64,000 nt of DNA from an uncultured delta proteobacterium (GCA_963785235.1 CAWAUM010000013.1:128001-192000); one strand, 5' to 3'; numbered from the stretch's first letter, positions 31,277 through 41,748 are shown. A program made the numbers and translations. The notes: generated by a model from the sequence alone, not told the origin.

Positions 31277-31292
31277 AAGGGGCTTGTAACAC

Positions 31293-33044
31293 TCAATGAT
31301 CCTTGAATATGGCCCTTATCTTGCTGATGTCAAAGACCTCACCCTCGCCTGTATCTTCGCAGAAGGCCTCCATAAAAGGCATTCCGCCCCTGCGGAAGAT
31401 GTTCAACGGGCTGATCTTCCTGGCCTGAATCTCGCCGTAGCCCTGCCTGGGATAAAAAATAATCATGGTCTTGCTCTGATGAAGCGCATCTTCAAAGAGG
31501 ATCTCCCTCCTCGGTCCGTATGGCAGAGGCATTACCATCCCGAAGGGATACACCCCTTCCTTGTGGGTTGTCCTCATGTAAGGTCTCTGTGGAGGCCTCA
31601 AAGGCAGCGGCTTGCCCCAGTCTATGTCATTGTCTCCTTCCCGTGGCCCATCAGCGCTCCTGACCATGACCCCTTTCTTCTCTAAAAACGATGCTATCTC
31701 CTCCTCGCAACGCTCAGGGATGCGGAAGATCCCGGGGAGGACCTCTTCAAGCCCCTTAGGAAGGGTTGCCTTTTCCCCTTCCAGCACCAGGAACGTGCCC
31801 TTGATGATATGTGCCTCCAGATGGGACCTGGACCACCCGGAAATGTTTATCCGGACATTATCCGGGAGTGCGTGCCGGGAGATCCTGTCGAGGAAATTGA
31901 GGATCTTCTCCACGCTCCACCCTTCCTTCAACGCCCGGAACACCGACTCCCTGGTGATCCGGTAGATACTTACAACATCGGCCTGGATGAGGTCTGCTAT
32001 CTCCCCTATGTTGAGCAGGTCCATGGTATCGAAGTCACCGGGCACCAGGATCTCCATGGTGGGCTGGATGATTGCCTCTTCGGAATATGGGTGTATCGGT
32101 TCATCGGTCCTGCCGGTCTTCAATGCCCGTAGCGCAACATCCGTCAGACGGATCCAGGATCCGCTTACATCTTCCTGGAGCACCCCGAGATCCAGCCAGA
32201 GACGCATGAGGGCATCCACTTCCGATTGGGCATCCTCAATTATTTCATCCCTTCCGACAATCCACAGGGTTAGTGATCTGGTCAGATAATCTTTCCTGAT
32301 GCCGTTGTCTCCAAGGGTTACATATACCTGATAGTCGAGTCCCGGATAGGGTTTGCATGACTGGCAGAACCGCCAGAGGTTGTAACGCGAGTCGCCCTCA
32401 AGGGCAAGGCTCGAAATGGACCTCTGAACAGGGGTTGCCGTACCGCCCTTTTCTTTCAGGCAGCCGAGTTCAACGAGTTCGCCGAAAATCTTCCTCACGT
32501 CGATCACGGCAGAGAGCTTTTCTTCAAGATACTCCCATCCCTTTTTGAAGGGCTCAATGCCTGCCTTGCAACGAATTTTGCCCACATGCAAGGCATTAAT
32601 CATAGTGATATGGGCCCAGAGGCTCTGCTTTCCCGGTTTATTCCAGATGGCCTCACCTACCCCGGCGAGGTATCGCATCTTCATAGCCTCGAGCAATGAA
32701 CCTAATGACGGCAGCAGGATAACCGGGTCTCTACCGGTGAGTCCCCCCTGAAATACCAGACCGCGGTTACCCAGTTCTTCAAGGTCCGATCTCAGTTCAT
32801 CAAGCGCCTTTCCATAAATCCTCCCGAGCACGTCCCATGCGACATTGTCACCAAGCTCATGGAGGTCCATCAACATGTCGCGCTGTCTTTGAGGCAGCTC
32901 ACCCAGGATCTTCTCAAGCCGTTCCGTATCGGCCAGGCCCTCTGCCAGAGCCCTGGGATCGGCAGGGACGCCCAGTATCTTTGTGGAGATAATCCCGATC
33001 ATATAGCCGGGGATGCTGGCGATAAGGTCATGCGTTGATGTCAT
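31293..33044 (-). CDS. XPB-associated protein: helicase-associated (XPB/Ssl2 N-terminal-like) domain plus C-terminal WYL-like domain
   Basis: IIQPTMEILV...YRITRESVFRALKEGWSVEKILNFL...LPDNV, and C-terminal IIFY...RKISP...EAFC...VFDISKI. Start overlaps the helicase stop. Confidence 0.72.
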   Translation of the reverse strand: MTSTHDLIASIPGYMIGIISTKILGVPADPRALAEGLADTERLEKILGELPQRQRDMLMDLHELGDNVAWDVLGRIYGKALDELRSDLEELGNRGLVFQGGLTGRDPVILLPSLGSLLEAMKMRYLAGVGEAIWNKPGKQSLWAHITMINALHVGKIRCKAGIEPFKKGWEYLEEKLSAVIDVRKIFGELVELGCLKEKGGTATPVQRSISSLALEGDSRYNLWRFCQSCKPYPGLDYQVYVTLGDNGIRKDYLTRSLTLWIVGRDEIIEDAQSEVDALMRLWLDLGVLQEDVSGSWIRLTDVALRALKTGRTDEPIHPYSEEAIIQPTMEILVPGDFDTMDLLNIGEIADLIQADVVSIYRITRESVFRALKEGWSVEKILNFLDRISRHALPDNVRINISGWSRSHLEAHIIKGTFLVLEGEKATLPKGLEEVLPGIFRIPERCEEEIASFLEKKGVMVRSADGPREGDNDIDWGKPLPLRPPQRPYMRTTHKEGVYPFGMVMPLPYGPRREILFEDALHQSKTMIIFYPRQGYGEIQARKISPLNIFRRGGMPFMEAFCEDTGEGEVFDISKIRAIFKDH

Positions 33045-34708
33045 CAATCGACCACTCCTCAATCCGGTACCGGTATCCCTGCTCAGCAAGAAATACCTGC
33101 CTCTTGTGGGCGAAGTATCTCTTCAGATGTCTCTTTGGTCACCAGTGTATAGAATGTGGAGATCCTCTCCTTGGGCCTTAAGATCCTGCCGAGCCGCTGG
33201 GCCTCCTCCTGACGGGAGCCGAAGGTGCCCGAAACCTGGATGGCCACTGATGCATCGGGCAGGTCGATGGCGAAGTTGGCCACCTTGGACACCACCAGCA
33301 CCGGGACCATCACCTTTTCTGAAGGAATCATAGAGGACATCCCTACGCGTATTTGGGGTGGACCCGGTGATCATGGGCGCCTTCAGTGCAGCCGAGAGCC
33401 TCTTGAGCTGGCTGATATACTGGCCGATGATGAGGACCGGCTCATCAGGATGCTTCTTGATAATATCTTTAACAACCTGCTCTTTAAAGGTATTCTCGGA
33501 TGCGATCCTGAACTGGATCTTATCCGATGCATGTACATACTCAGCCGCCTTTTCCGTAGGCAACGGCACCCTCACCTCGCAGCAGACGGCCTCTGCAATA
33601 AAGCCCTTTTGCTCCAATTCCTTCCAGGGCACGTCATAACACTTGGGGCCTACAAGTGAAAAGGTGTCCGATTCCAGTCCGTCCTCCCGGATAAGGGTGG
33701 CGGTGAGCCCGAGCCTCCTCTTGGCCTGCAGTTCGGTGGTGGCCCTGAAAACAGGCGCAGGGACGACATGCACCTCATCATAGATAATGAGCCCCCAGTT
33801 CCGCGCCATCATGAGGTTCATATGCTCGAAGGGGCCGTCCTTGGTCTTCCGGTAGGTGAGCATCTGGTAGGTGGTCACGGTCACCGGCTTGATCTCTTTC
33901 TTGCCGCCGGTGTACTCGCCGATATCCTCCCTGGTCAGGGTGGTCTTGTCCAGGAGCTCATTGATCCACTGGTGCACTGCCGATACATTGGTGCACAGGA
34001 TAAGGGTATGTGTCTTGATCTTTGCCATCACCCCCATACCCACAATTGTCTTGCCTGCCCCGCACGGGAGCACCACGATGCCCTGGCCTCCCTGGGGGCT
34101 TCCGCCTGCCCAGTAATTGTCCGAGGCCTCCACCTGATAGGGTCTCAGTGTGAATGCATGGCCTGAAATCAATTCGTGGCGTAGGGTAATGTCGCAGGTC
34201 ATCCCCCTTGTCATACCCCACGAGATCATGCACCGGATAACCCATCTTGATGAGCATGTGCTTGAACCTGCCGCGGATCCCGGAAGGGATGATGAAGCCC
34301 TTGGGAGGAACCCAGTCCAGGATGATCTTTGAGATCTCCTGCTTGGCGCAGATCTGCTGCAGGAGGGCATCTGATCTCACCTGGACAAGAAGCGTGTCAT
34401 CGTCCTGCCGAAAGAGCTGTACGGCATCCCAGCGCTCGAACGCCTCCTGGATGCGGCGCAGCACGGTATGCGGGATATCATAGCGGGCATAACCTCTTGA
34501 GGCTTTCCAGAACCTGATCATGGGTAATATTGATGGCAGCGGCATTCCACAGGGAAAGTGAAGTGATCCGATAGGTATGTACATACTCGGGCGATTTGAT
34601 GAGCTCGGCAAAGGGCAGGATGGCGTCCCTCGCCTCTTCATAGATTCCCGAGAGCACCTCCAGCAGGATGCTCCCATCACTCTGGATGATTAATGGTTTT
34701 TCTGTCAT
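33028..34708 (-). CDS. Bacterial XPB/Rad25-like SF2 DNA helicase; about 4 frameshifts (near 34495, 34197, 33312, 33118)
   Basis: [52 protein letters not shown], and the restored end [13 protein letters not shown]. Confidence 0.88.
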
Positions 34709-35005
34709 GTGCATGTGAATTAGTTAAGTTCACATATACCACATCAAAAGGCAAGGGTGGATTTCTATTAAAATTACCACTGAGTGCAAGGGGTGATTAT
34801 TACGGACAAGCACTTAGTTGATACGAGTCCATTGAGTAAAAGGAAGCATTCGTAGATTTAATATGAGAATGTATGAATTGGCATTTAATTTGAGCTGAGA
34901 GCTCGGATAGAATCACTTAATGTGAGCAGAAAACAAGCTATGTTTGCGAGTATGAGGAACTACAAATGCAAGCTCATATAATGAAAAGAATAAATTTCAT
35001 ACTTG

Positions 35006-35041
35006 AGTTATACGTAGATTTATGACAACCTACGTATAACT
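35006..35041. promoter_or_regulatory. Perfect 12-bp inverted repeat abutting the start codon (candidate operator)
   Basis: AGTTATACGTAG-N12-CTACGTATAACT ends immediately before the ATG at 35042. Confidence 0.6.
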
Positions 35042-36088
35042 ATGAATAGAATACCCCTGGTTACTCAAACACTTTATGCCGAGCTTGTAGAAGAACTCAT
35101 TATCGCGGAAGCGCATAGATCCATTGGGAGTCTATCAGGCTGTTTTACTGTTAAACCTGTTAAGGGAAAAGAGTACTGCTATTTCCAGTCGAGCGAGCCA
35201 GGAGGCGTGGCACGTCAGATTTATATAGGCCCCCGCAGCCCTGTAATTGACAGCTTTATTGAGAGTTATATCAGTGACCGCCAAAATGTTAAGGAGGAAA
35301 TTGATAACATCAATAGGCTATGCAGCCAGCTCCGCATTGGTGGTGCAAATATAACTGATCCAGAAACAGCCAGGGTATTGAAGGCATTCTCCGATAGTGG
35401 GTTTTTCAAGTTAGGCGGGGTTCTTATCGGTACCCATGCATTTCTCATCATGGGCAACACCCTCGGAGTTAAATGGGAGAAACCTTCTCTCCGTACACAG
35501 GATATTGACATCGCGGGATCATTACTTATGGAAGTTGCTGTCCCTGACCTTTCAACAGATGTTCCAGGGGTTCTTGAGAGTCTGCGGATGGGTTTTCTGC
35601 CCATTCCTCCTTTGAATCATAAGCATCCATCAACGTCATTTCATATCCGAGGTAAGGAGCTCAGAGTTGATGTTCTTACTCCTGCAAAAAAACCTGACCA
35701 AGTAGCACCTATTTTTATCCCGAGGCTAAAGACTGCAGCGCAGCCTCTCATGTACCTCGATTATCTCATAGAGTCTCAGATACAGGCAGCTGTGACAAAC
35801 GGAGGGGGAATTTTAGTAAGCATACCGGATCCTGCAAGATTCGCTATCCATAAACTTATGGTTTCCGGGGAGCGTCCGGTTTCGAGCAGCATCAAAGCCA
35901 CAAAAGATCTCTTTCAGGCATCTCAACTCATAAAACTCCTTATAGAAGATAGGCCGGGAGACCTCCCGATCGCGTTGGAATCATTACGATCACGCGGGAA
36001 AAGATGGGTAAAGAGGTTTGAAACGGGAATGAAACTACTGAACTCGACCTATCCGGATACGCATAGTATATTCAAATCCTCCTACTGA
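35042..36088 (+). CDS. GSU2403-like nucleotidyltransferase-fold protein
   Basis: GVLIGTHAF...RTQDIDIA (Pol-beta hG..DxD), VDVLTP, PDPARFAIHKL and KATKD; AT-richer than its neighbours. Confidence 0.75.
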   Translation: MNRIPLVTQTLYAELVEELIIAEAHRSIGSLSGCFTVKPVKGKEYCYFQSSEPGGVARQIYIGPRSPVIDSFIESYISDRQNVKEEIDNINRLCSQLRIGGANITDPETARVLKAFSDSGFFKLGGVLIGTHAFLIMGNTLGVKWEKPSLRTQDIDIAGSLLMEVAVPDLSTDVPGVLESLRMGFLPIPPLNHKHPSTSFHIRGKELRVDVLTPAKKPDQVAPIFIPRLKTAAQPLMYLDYLIESQIQAAVTNGGGILVSIPDPARFAIHKLMVSGERPVSSSIKATKDLFQASQLIKLLIEDRPGDLPIALESLRSRGKRWVKRFETGMKLLNSTYPDTHSIFKSSY

Positions 36089-36275
36089 GGTTACTAAGAA
36101 CATCGGTGCAAGACGTTGAGATTTTTGATTTCATATTAGTTTTGAAATCTCTGGGAGCGATGATCTTGGGTTGAAACATACGAAACTTATTGCTTCATAT
36201 CAGAGCGTCACAAATGGCATGATATCTATAATAATCCTAACTAAGTCAGTTGCCTATGCATATCATACCACTTCA

Positions 36276-38180
36276 TTATGGACATGGAGAGGGGCATGTA
36301 CAGTGAGGACAAGTAACTGTATACGGCGTACTCGCAGAATTGCTCTGGAGATCATAAACCGTAAAACTCCCGGTATACGTACTGCCTGGAGCCGATCCGC
36401 TACTATTAAGAGTTGAGAATGACCAGTTTGTGCAACTGGGATCAGACGACTGGCGTTCACAAGTGCCTCCATTCGAATGCCACAAACCGCAGTTAGCTCC
36501 CGGCCCTATATTCACATAGGACCCTACAGGCCCGCATACACTACCCTCATAAGACATGGTGTACTGGGCGCTGCACATGCAGAATGCAGCTGGATTACAG
36601 TTCCCCCATGTTTGGGCACAACTCTGAGATGTTATACTTATTGATAGAGACCCGCCAGTTGTTCCGGTTGTGAACGACCAGATTGGTCCTCCGATAACTG
36701 TTGGGGGCAGGAGGTTGCACATATTGTGCATGGCAATGATTTGCCAGTAGTAGGTGGTATTCGAGCTTAACGTTGTAGTTGGAGTATAGGATGAGATAGT
36801 CACCTCCGCCACTTTAGGGGGTGGAGAAGAAGCTCCGAAATAAACGTTGTATGAGTCAGTGTTCGAAGTTGCGGCCCAGGTCAAGGTCGGGCTGGTCGGA
36901 ACACCTGTGGCGCCATTGGCGGGGAAAGGATCTGGAAGGTGTCCCAGGATGGATTGGAGAAATGACCGTTATGGAGGTGGATTGGCATTTCTGGGTGAAC
37001 ACCGCGTCAGTCACGCAGACATCGAAAGAATATACACCCTCAGGGAGAAGGTGTTTCACCTTCTATAAGCCCCCCTGCATTGACAAAGATGCCCAGAGGA
37101 GGAGAACCTCCCATGGTGCCGAGATTGAACGTGTACGGATATCCGGCCCCCCCTGTCAGCCCCAGGATCTGGTAGCTGAAGGGGCTGCACCGCTCAACAG
37201 GGCCAAGCATGGGCGGCAGAATAAAAGATATGGGGGGACCCGAAGGCGGCGGCGCATCTGTCGGTTTTGCGCTCGCCTGGGTCGATGCCCCTGATTCACC
37301 GGATGTGTATACCGCGGTTACCACGAAGTAGTAGTCTGTTCCGTTGGTCAGACCTGTCAGGGTGAAAGGAGAGTTCGCATGGGTTATCTTCGTGCCGCTG
37401 GAAGGCGTCACCCCGGAAGTAGTGGACCAGTAGATGTTGTAATAAATCACGCCTGATACTTCAGTCCAGGCAATGGTTTCCTGGCCGTTTCCCGGTGTGA
37501 TGGTGACTCCTGTCGGTGCTGCCGGACCCGATGGCGTACAGCTTGCCTGTGATGATGCGGTTGATTCTCCATTGCCATTCACCGCAGTTACTACATAGTA
37601 GTAGGTTGTTCCGTTGGTAAGCCCTGTGTGCAGGTATGGGTTGGTCGCACCAGCTATTTTGGTGCCGCTGGCCATTGTGACGCCTGTGGTTGTGGACCAG
37701 TAAATGTTGTAGGAAGCTGCGCCCGGTACTGCCGCCCAGCCAATGGTTGCGCGCCGGTTTCCGGCTGTGGCGGAAACCCCTGCCGGTGCATCCGGTGGCG
37801 CCGTAAGTGACGGTTTTACGCTCACCTGGTTTGACGCCGTCGATTCACCGGCTACAGATACTGCGGTTACCACAAAGTAGTAGGTTGTTCCGTTGGTCAG
37901 TCCTGTAAGGGTGTAGGGAGTAGTTAGCATCGGTTATCTTTGTGCCGTTGGCCGGGGTCACGCCTGACGTAGTGGACCAGTAAATGTTGTAAGAAGTCGC
38001 GCCTGGTATTGCTGTCCAGGAAATGGTTACATTACCACTTCCGGCTGTAGCGACAACCCCTGTCGGCCCAGATAACCCTCCTGTTCCGCCTCCAGATGAT
38101 GAGCCACCACCGCCGCCTCCACAAGAAATCATCATCGTGGCGACAACCACTAATGCTAAAAGCTTCTTCATGATTTCCAT
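36276..38180 (-). CDS. FN3-repeat lipoprotein with Ig-like and Cys-rich C-terminal domains; about 3 frameshifts (near 37920, 37045, 36932)
   Basis: Lipobox MISC plus Gly linker; three YNIYWSTT...GLTNGT.YY..VTAV FN3 units. ORFs 37845-38207, 37040-37930, 36856-37059 and 36276-36884 join into about 630 aa. Confidence 0.75.
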
Positions 38181-38318
38181 GGCGATACTCCTTTTCTCAA
38201 TTATCAATTGATTTTATCGGCATTCGAGCATCCTTGGTTTATATTAACCATACACAATGCTTAATTTATCAAAAATCAACTATGCTATATAGCGACAAGA
38301 GGAAAGTTGCACGAGTCA

Positions 38319-38423
38319 GTAGGTTGGGTTGAGGAACGAAACCCAACCCATCAAGATCTGAATATTTTAATGGATTGTATCTTCAGTCTTATTGTTGGGT
38401 TTCACAAGTTCAACCCAACCTAC
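38319..38423. repeat. GTAG-type REP doublet in inverted orientation (REPIN-like)
   Basis: GTAGGTTGGGTTGAGGAACGAAACCCAAC at 38319-38347 and an inverted copy at 38394-38423. Confidence 0.8.
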
Positions 38424-38454
38424 TTACTGATGATTTATTTCAAGGCACATGGCG

Positions 38455-39279
38455 TCACTTATGCCGGAGCACCTCGTTCATGCTTCCTGAACGGAACCCC
38501 TGGAGATCCAGCGTGACATAAACAAAGCCCATACGCTTGGCAAAATCCACAAGCTCGGACGTCAGTGTCCCCTTTTGGAGTATGGCCATCTCGTCTTTGC
38601 CGAGCTCGATCCTGAGAAGATCTCCATGATGCCGTGCCCGGAATACCGTAAACCCCTTTTCAGCGAGGAAGTCCTCCATGGCCTCCACCTGCTTGAGTTT
38701 CTCCTTTGTGACCACAGAGCCGTAGGGGATGCGCGATGCCATGCAGGCCATGGGCTGCTTGTCCGCTGTGGGCAGGTTATATATCTCACGCGATATGAGC
38801 CGGATGTCATTCTTGGTAAACCCGCACTCCAGCAGAGGGCTCCGGATGCCAAGCTCCTGCAGAGCCTTCATGCCCGGCCGGAAATCACCCGTATCGTCGC
38901 TGTTTGTGCCGTCTGCCACCACGGATACACCGAATCGTCTTGCCTCATGGGCGATCTTGGAGAAGAGTTCCTTTTTGCAGTAATAGCACCTCTGGGGCGG
39001 ATTATCCGAGAAGCCTTGTATGTCGAGCTCTTCGGACACGATCACGGTATGCACTATGCCCCGGTCCTGAACCCACTTAAGGGCCTCATCGTATTCCCTC
39101 TTGGGATAGGTGGATGAGGTCGCAATTACTGCAAGGCACTTCTTGCCCATAACCTCATGTGCCACGGTCAGGAGTAACGTGCTGTCCACCCCTCCGGAGA
39201 AGGCCACTGCGCATCCGCCCCACGATTTGAGGAGGCCTTTGAGCTTAGCGAGCTTCTCATGGTGGTTAACCTGGACCAT
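38455..39279 (-). CDS. larE: LarE-family ATP-dependent sulfur transferase
   Basis: PP-loop AFSGGVDS, RCYYCKK, DGTNSDD, RPGM, ACMASRIPYG and LDLQGFRSGSMN motifs. Confidence 0.88.
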   Translation of the reverse strand: MVQVNHHEKLAKLKGLLKSWGGCAVAFSGGVDSTLLLTVAHEVMGKKCLAVIATSSTYPKREYDEALKWVQDRGIVHTVIVSEELDIQGFSDNPPQRCYYCKKELFSKIAHEARRFGVSVVADGTNSDDTGDFRPGMKALQELGIRSPLLECGFTKNDIRLISREIYNLPTADKQPMACMASRIPYGSVVTKEKLKQVEAMEDFLAEKGFTVFRARHHGDLLRIELGKDEMAILQKGTLTSELVDFAKRMGFVYVTLDLQGFRSGSMNEVLRHK

Positions 39280-39332
39280 AATTATCCATTTTATGACGTA
39301 GTCTGCTCATACCCTAAAGTCTTTGCGTAATC

Positions 39333-40389
39333 TCACTTGATCACACTTCTGATTATCCCTGATGCCAGGACCATGCCGTTGTCGTACAGGACTATTGTCT
39401 GCCCCGGCGTGATGGCCTCTTGGGGCTCGTCGAACAGCACCTTCATCTTTCCATTTTCCACGGTCACTGTGCACGGTGCCGGGGTATGGGCATAACGGAT
39501 CTTCCCGAATGCCTTACCGCCAAGGTTCTCCATGAAGAGGTTCAGGCGGTCCGCAACGAGTCCCTGTGCGCAGAGATACCTTCTATCACCTATAATGATC
39601 CTGTTCTGAGCAGCATCTAAGGAGAGCACGTATTGGGGCTTGCCTGCGCTGATACCCAGACCTGAGCGCTGGCCAATGGTGTAGAAGGGTATGCCCTTGT
39701 GACTGCCAAGAATCTTTCCTTTGCGGTTGACGATATCCCCGGGGACTTCATCAATGCTTCGCTTTAAGAATTCGCTTACACCGCCTGCAGGGATGAAGCA
39801 GACATCCTGGCTGTCCGGCTTGGATGAGACCGGCAACCTGGCGTCTGTGCGCCACAGCTCTGACCTGGTCCTTGGTGAGTTCAGCCAGGGGAAAGACGAC
39901 ATGCTTAAGCGCCTCCTTGGGTATTCCGGAGAGGAAGTAAGTCTGATCCTTTCTGAAATCCTTTGACACCTTAAGGCGGCAGTTATCATCCGACTTGTCT
40001 ATGCTGGCATAGTGGCCTGTAGCCAGGATGTTAAATCCCATGGACAGAGCCATTTCCAGTAACGTTCCGAATTTGATGCGCCTGTTACATTCAACACAAG
40101 GGTTCGGGGTTCTGCCTGAGCGGTATTCTTCTATAAAAGGCTCTATGACGAAGCGGCTGAGCTCGGGTGCGAAATTCTGCACGAAATGACTGATGCCAAG
40201 ACAGTTGCATACAGACCTGGCATCTTCAATCTCCCGGGGGCCGCAGCACTTCACCTTGTGGGATTCGGGTGTTTCCACACCCAGGCACATGGTGACACCT
40301 GCCACCTCATATCCCGCCTCTTTCAGGAGATAAGCGGCAACAGCAGAGTCCACCCCGCCGCTCAAGGCAACCATGACCCGCTCCTTCAT
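39333..40389 (-). CDS. mnmA: tRNA 2-thiouridylase MnmA; frameshift near 39845
   Basis: ALSGGVDS, TPNPCVECN, ATGHYA, KDQTYFL; second ORF has DSQDVCF, YTIGQR and ITPGQ. Confidence 0.93.
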
Positions 40390-40501
40390 CACTCGCCCCG
40401 TCCTTTTTTTTGTTATCCTTATCATATATTATAATGGAAACAGACCTTGATAATACTTGTAAGTTGCATGTAGTTAAAATAAAAAAAGGCACGAGGCTTT
40501 T

Positions 40502-40954
40502 GTGAAAGACACCTATCAGCAAGGTACAATCCTTTCCGTGAATGTGAGCTCGGAGAAGGGACAGAAGAAACACAATATCGGCAGATGCCTTCTCGCTCAA
40601 GGGCTTGGCATTGAGGGCGATGCCCATGCAGGCATGGAGATCCGCCAGGTGAGCCTCCTTGCAAAGGAGAGCATCGAGAAAATATGGGCCAAGGGCCTGA
40701 ATGTTCAGTACGGTGATTTTGCCGAGAACCTCACCACCGAGGGCATCATCCTCCATGAGCTGCCTGTGGGGACACGATTTGCCGTCAATGAAACGGTAAT
40801 CCTTGAGCTTACCCAGATCGGCAAGATCTGCCATGACCGCTGTGCGATCTTCAAGCAGGTGGGCGACTGTGTCATGCCACGTGAGGGAGTCTTCGCAAAG
40901 GTCATTGCCGGGGGTGAAGTGAAGGTAGGAGACACCATTCGGGTTGTCTCTTAA
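40502..40954 (+). CDS. MOSC-domain protein
   Basis: GIEGDAHAG, RQVSLL, GDFAENL, QIGKICH..C and CVMPREGVFA motifs. Confidence 0.9.
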   Translation: MKDTYQQGTILSVNVSSEKGQKKHNIGRCLLAQGLGIEGDAHAGMEIRQVSLLAKESIEKIWAKGLNVQYGDFAENLTTEGIILHELPVGTRFAVNETVILELTQIGKICHDRCAIFKQVGDCVMPREGVFAKVIAGGEVKVGDTIRVVS

Positions 40955-40978
40955 TACTACGTCACAAGGGAGGGAACT

Positions 40979-41671
40979 ATGAGGAAATCACTGATATTTA
41001 TCATGGTGTTCATGTTCATCATGGCGCAGGCGGCCTTCGCACAATGGGGCAATGACCAGATGATGCAAAGGTTCCAGGGCGAATTCAAGCCCGTAGTGGG
41101 CGCCTGGGCCGAATACCAGATGAAAGGCAGCGACCAGACGCCGACCAAGATGAAGATCTCCATCGTGGGCAAGGAGGGCAATGCCTTCTGGTATGAAACC
41201 GCAAATGACGGCCAGGGTGGACGAACAATCATGAAGATGCTCCTGTCGGGCGACCCGAACGATCAGAAAGGCGTCACACGCATGATCATGAAGAATGGCA
41301 ATGAGCCGGCCACGGAGATGCCAATCGGCATGGGTCAGGGCAAGAAGCCGGCCAAAGCCCAGCCGCCCAAGGGTAAGGTAATCGACAAGGGAATGGAAAC
41401 CATAACAGTACCGGCAGGTACCTTTACAGCCAGGCACTTCCAGTACCAGAACGAAAAAGATGTGGTGGATACCTGGTCCAGCGAAAAGGTCCCCCCTTAC
41501 AACATGGTCAAGACATCGGCAAAAGACTTCACCATGGTGCTTGTGGGATACGGCACCGGAGCCAAGACCGCCATCACGGAGACACCCAAAAAATTCCAGA
41601 TGCCCAAGATGCCGGCAGGCATGCCGCCTGGGATGATGCCCAGGGGAATGGGTGGATCGGGGAAAGAGTAG
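40979..41671 (+). CDS. Secreted hypothetical protein with VPAGTF motif and Met/Pro-rich tail
   Basis: Signal peptide (AAFA), ETITVPAGTF, tail MPKMPAGMPPGMMPRGMGG; GGAGG SD. Confidence 0.75.
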   Translation: MRKSLIFIMVFMFIMAQAAFAQWGNDQMMQRFQGEFKPVVGAWAEYQMKGSDQTPTKMKISIVGKEGNAFWYETANDGQGGRTIMKMLLSGDPNDQKGVTRMIMKNGNEPATEMPIGMGQGKKPAKAQPPKGKVIDKGMETITVPAGTFTARHFQYQNEKDVVDTWSSEKVPPYNMVKTSAKDFTMVLVGYGTGAKTAITETPKKFQMPKMPAGMPPGMMPRGMGGSGKE

Positions 41672-41698
41672 GAACTGCGTGTACCCATAAATGCCATT

Positions 41699-41725
41699 GA
41701 GGTGGTCGCAATCTGCGACCACCTC
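41699..41725. other. Perfect 12-bp-stem palindrome between convergent genes
   Basis: GAGGTGGTCGCA-ATC-TGCGACCACCTC with no U-tract on either side. Confidence 0.6.
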
Positions 41726-41748
41726 TGAATTACCTGTTGCTAACCCAT

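Noticed and set aside
34720-38300. Integron cassette array or prophage remnant for the AT-richer segment
   Set aside because: No integrase, no convincing attC (RYYYAAC...GTTRRRY hairpin), no tRNA or att duplication, and the genes are convergent.
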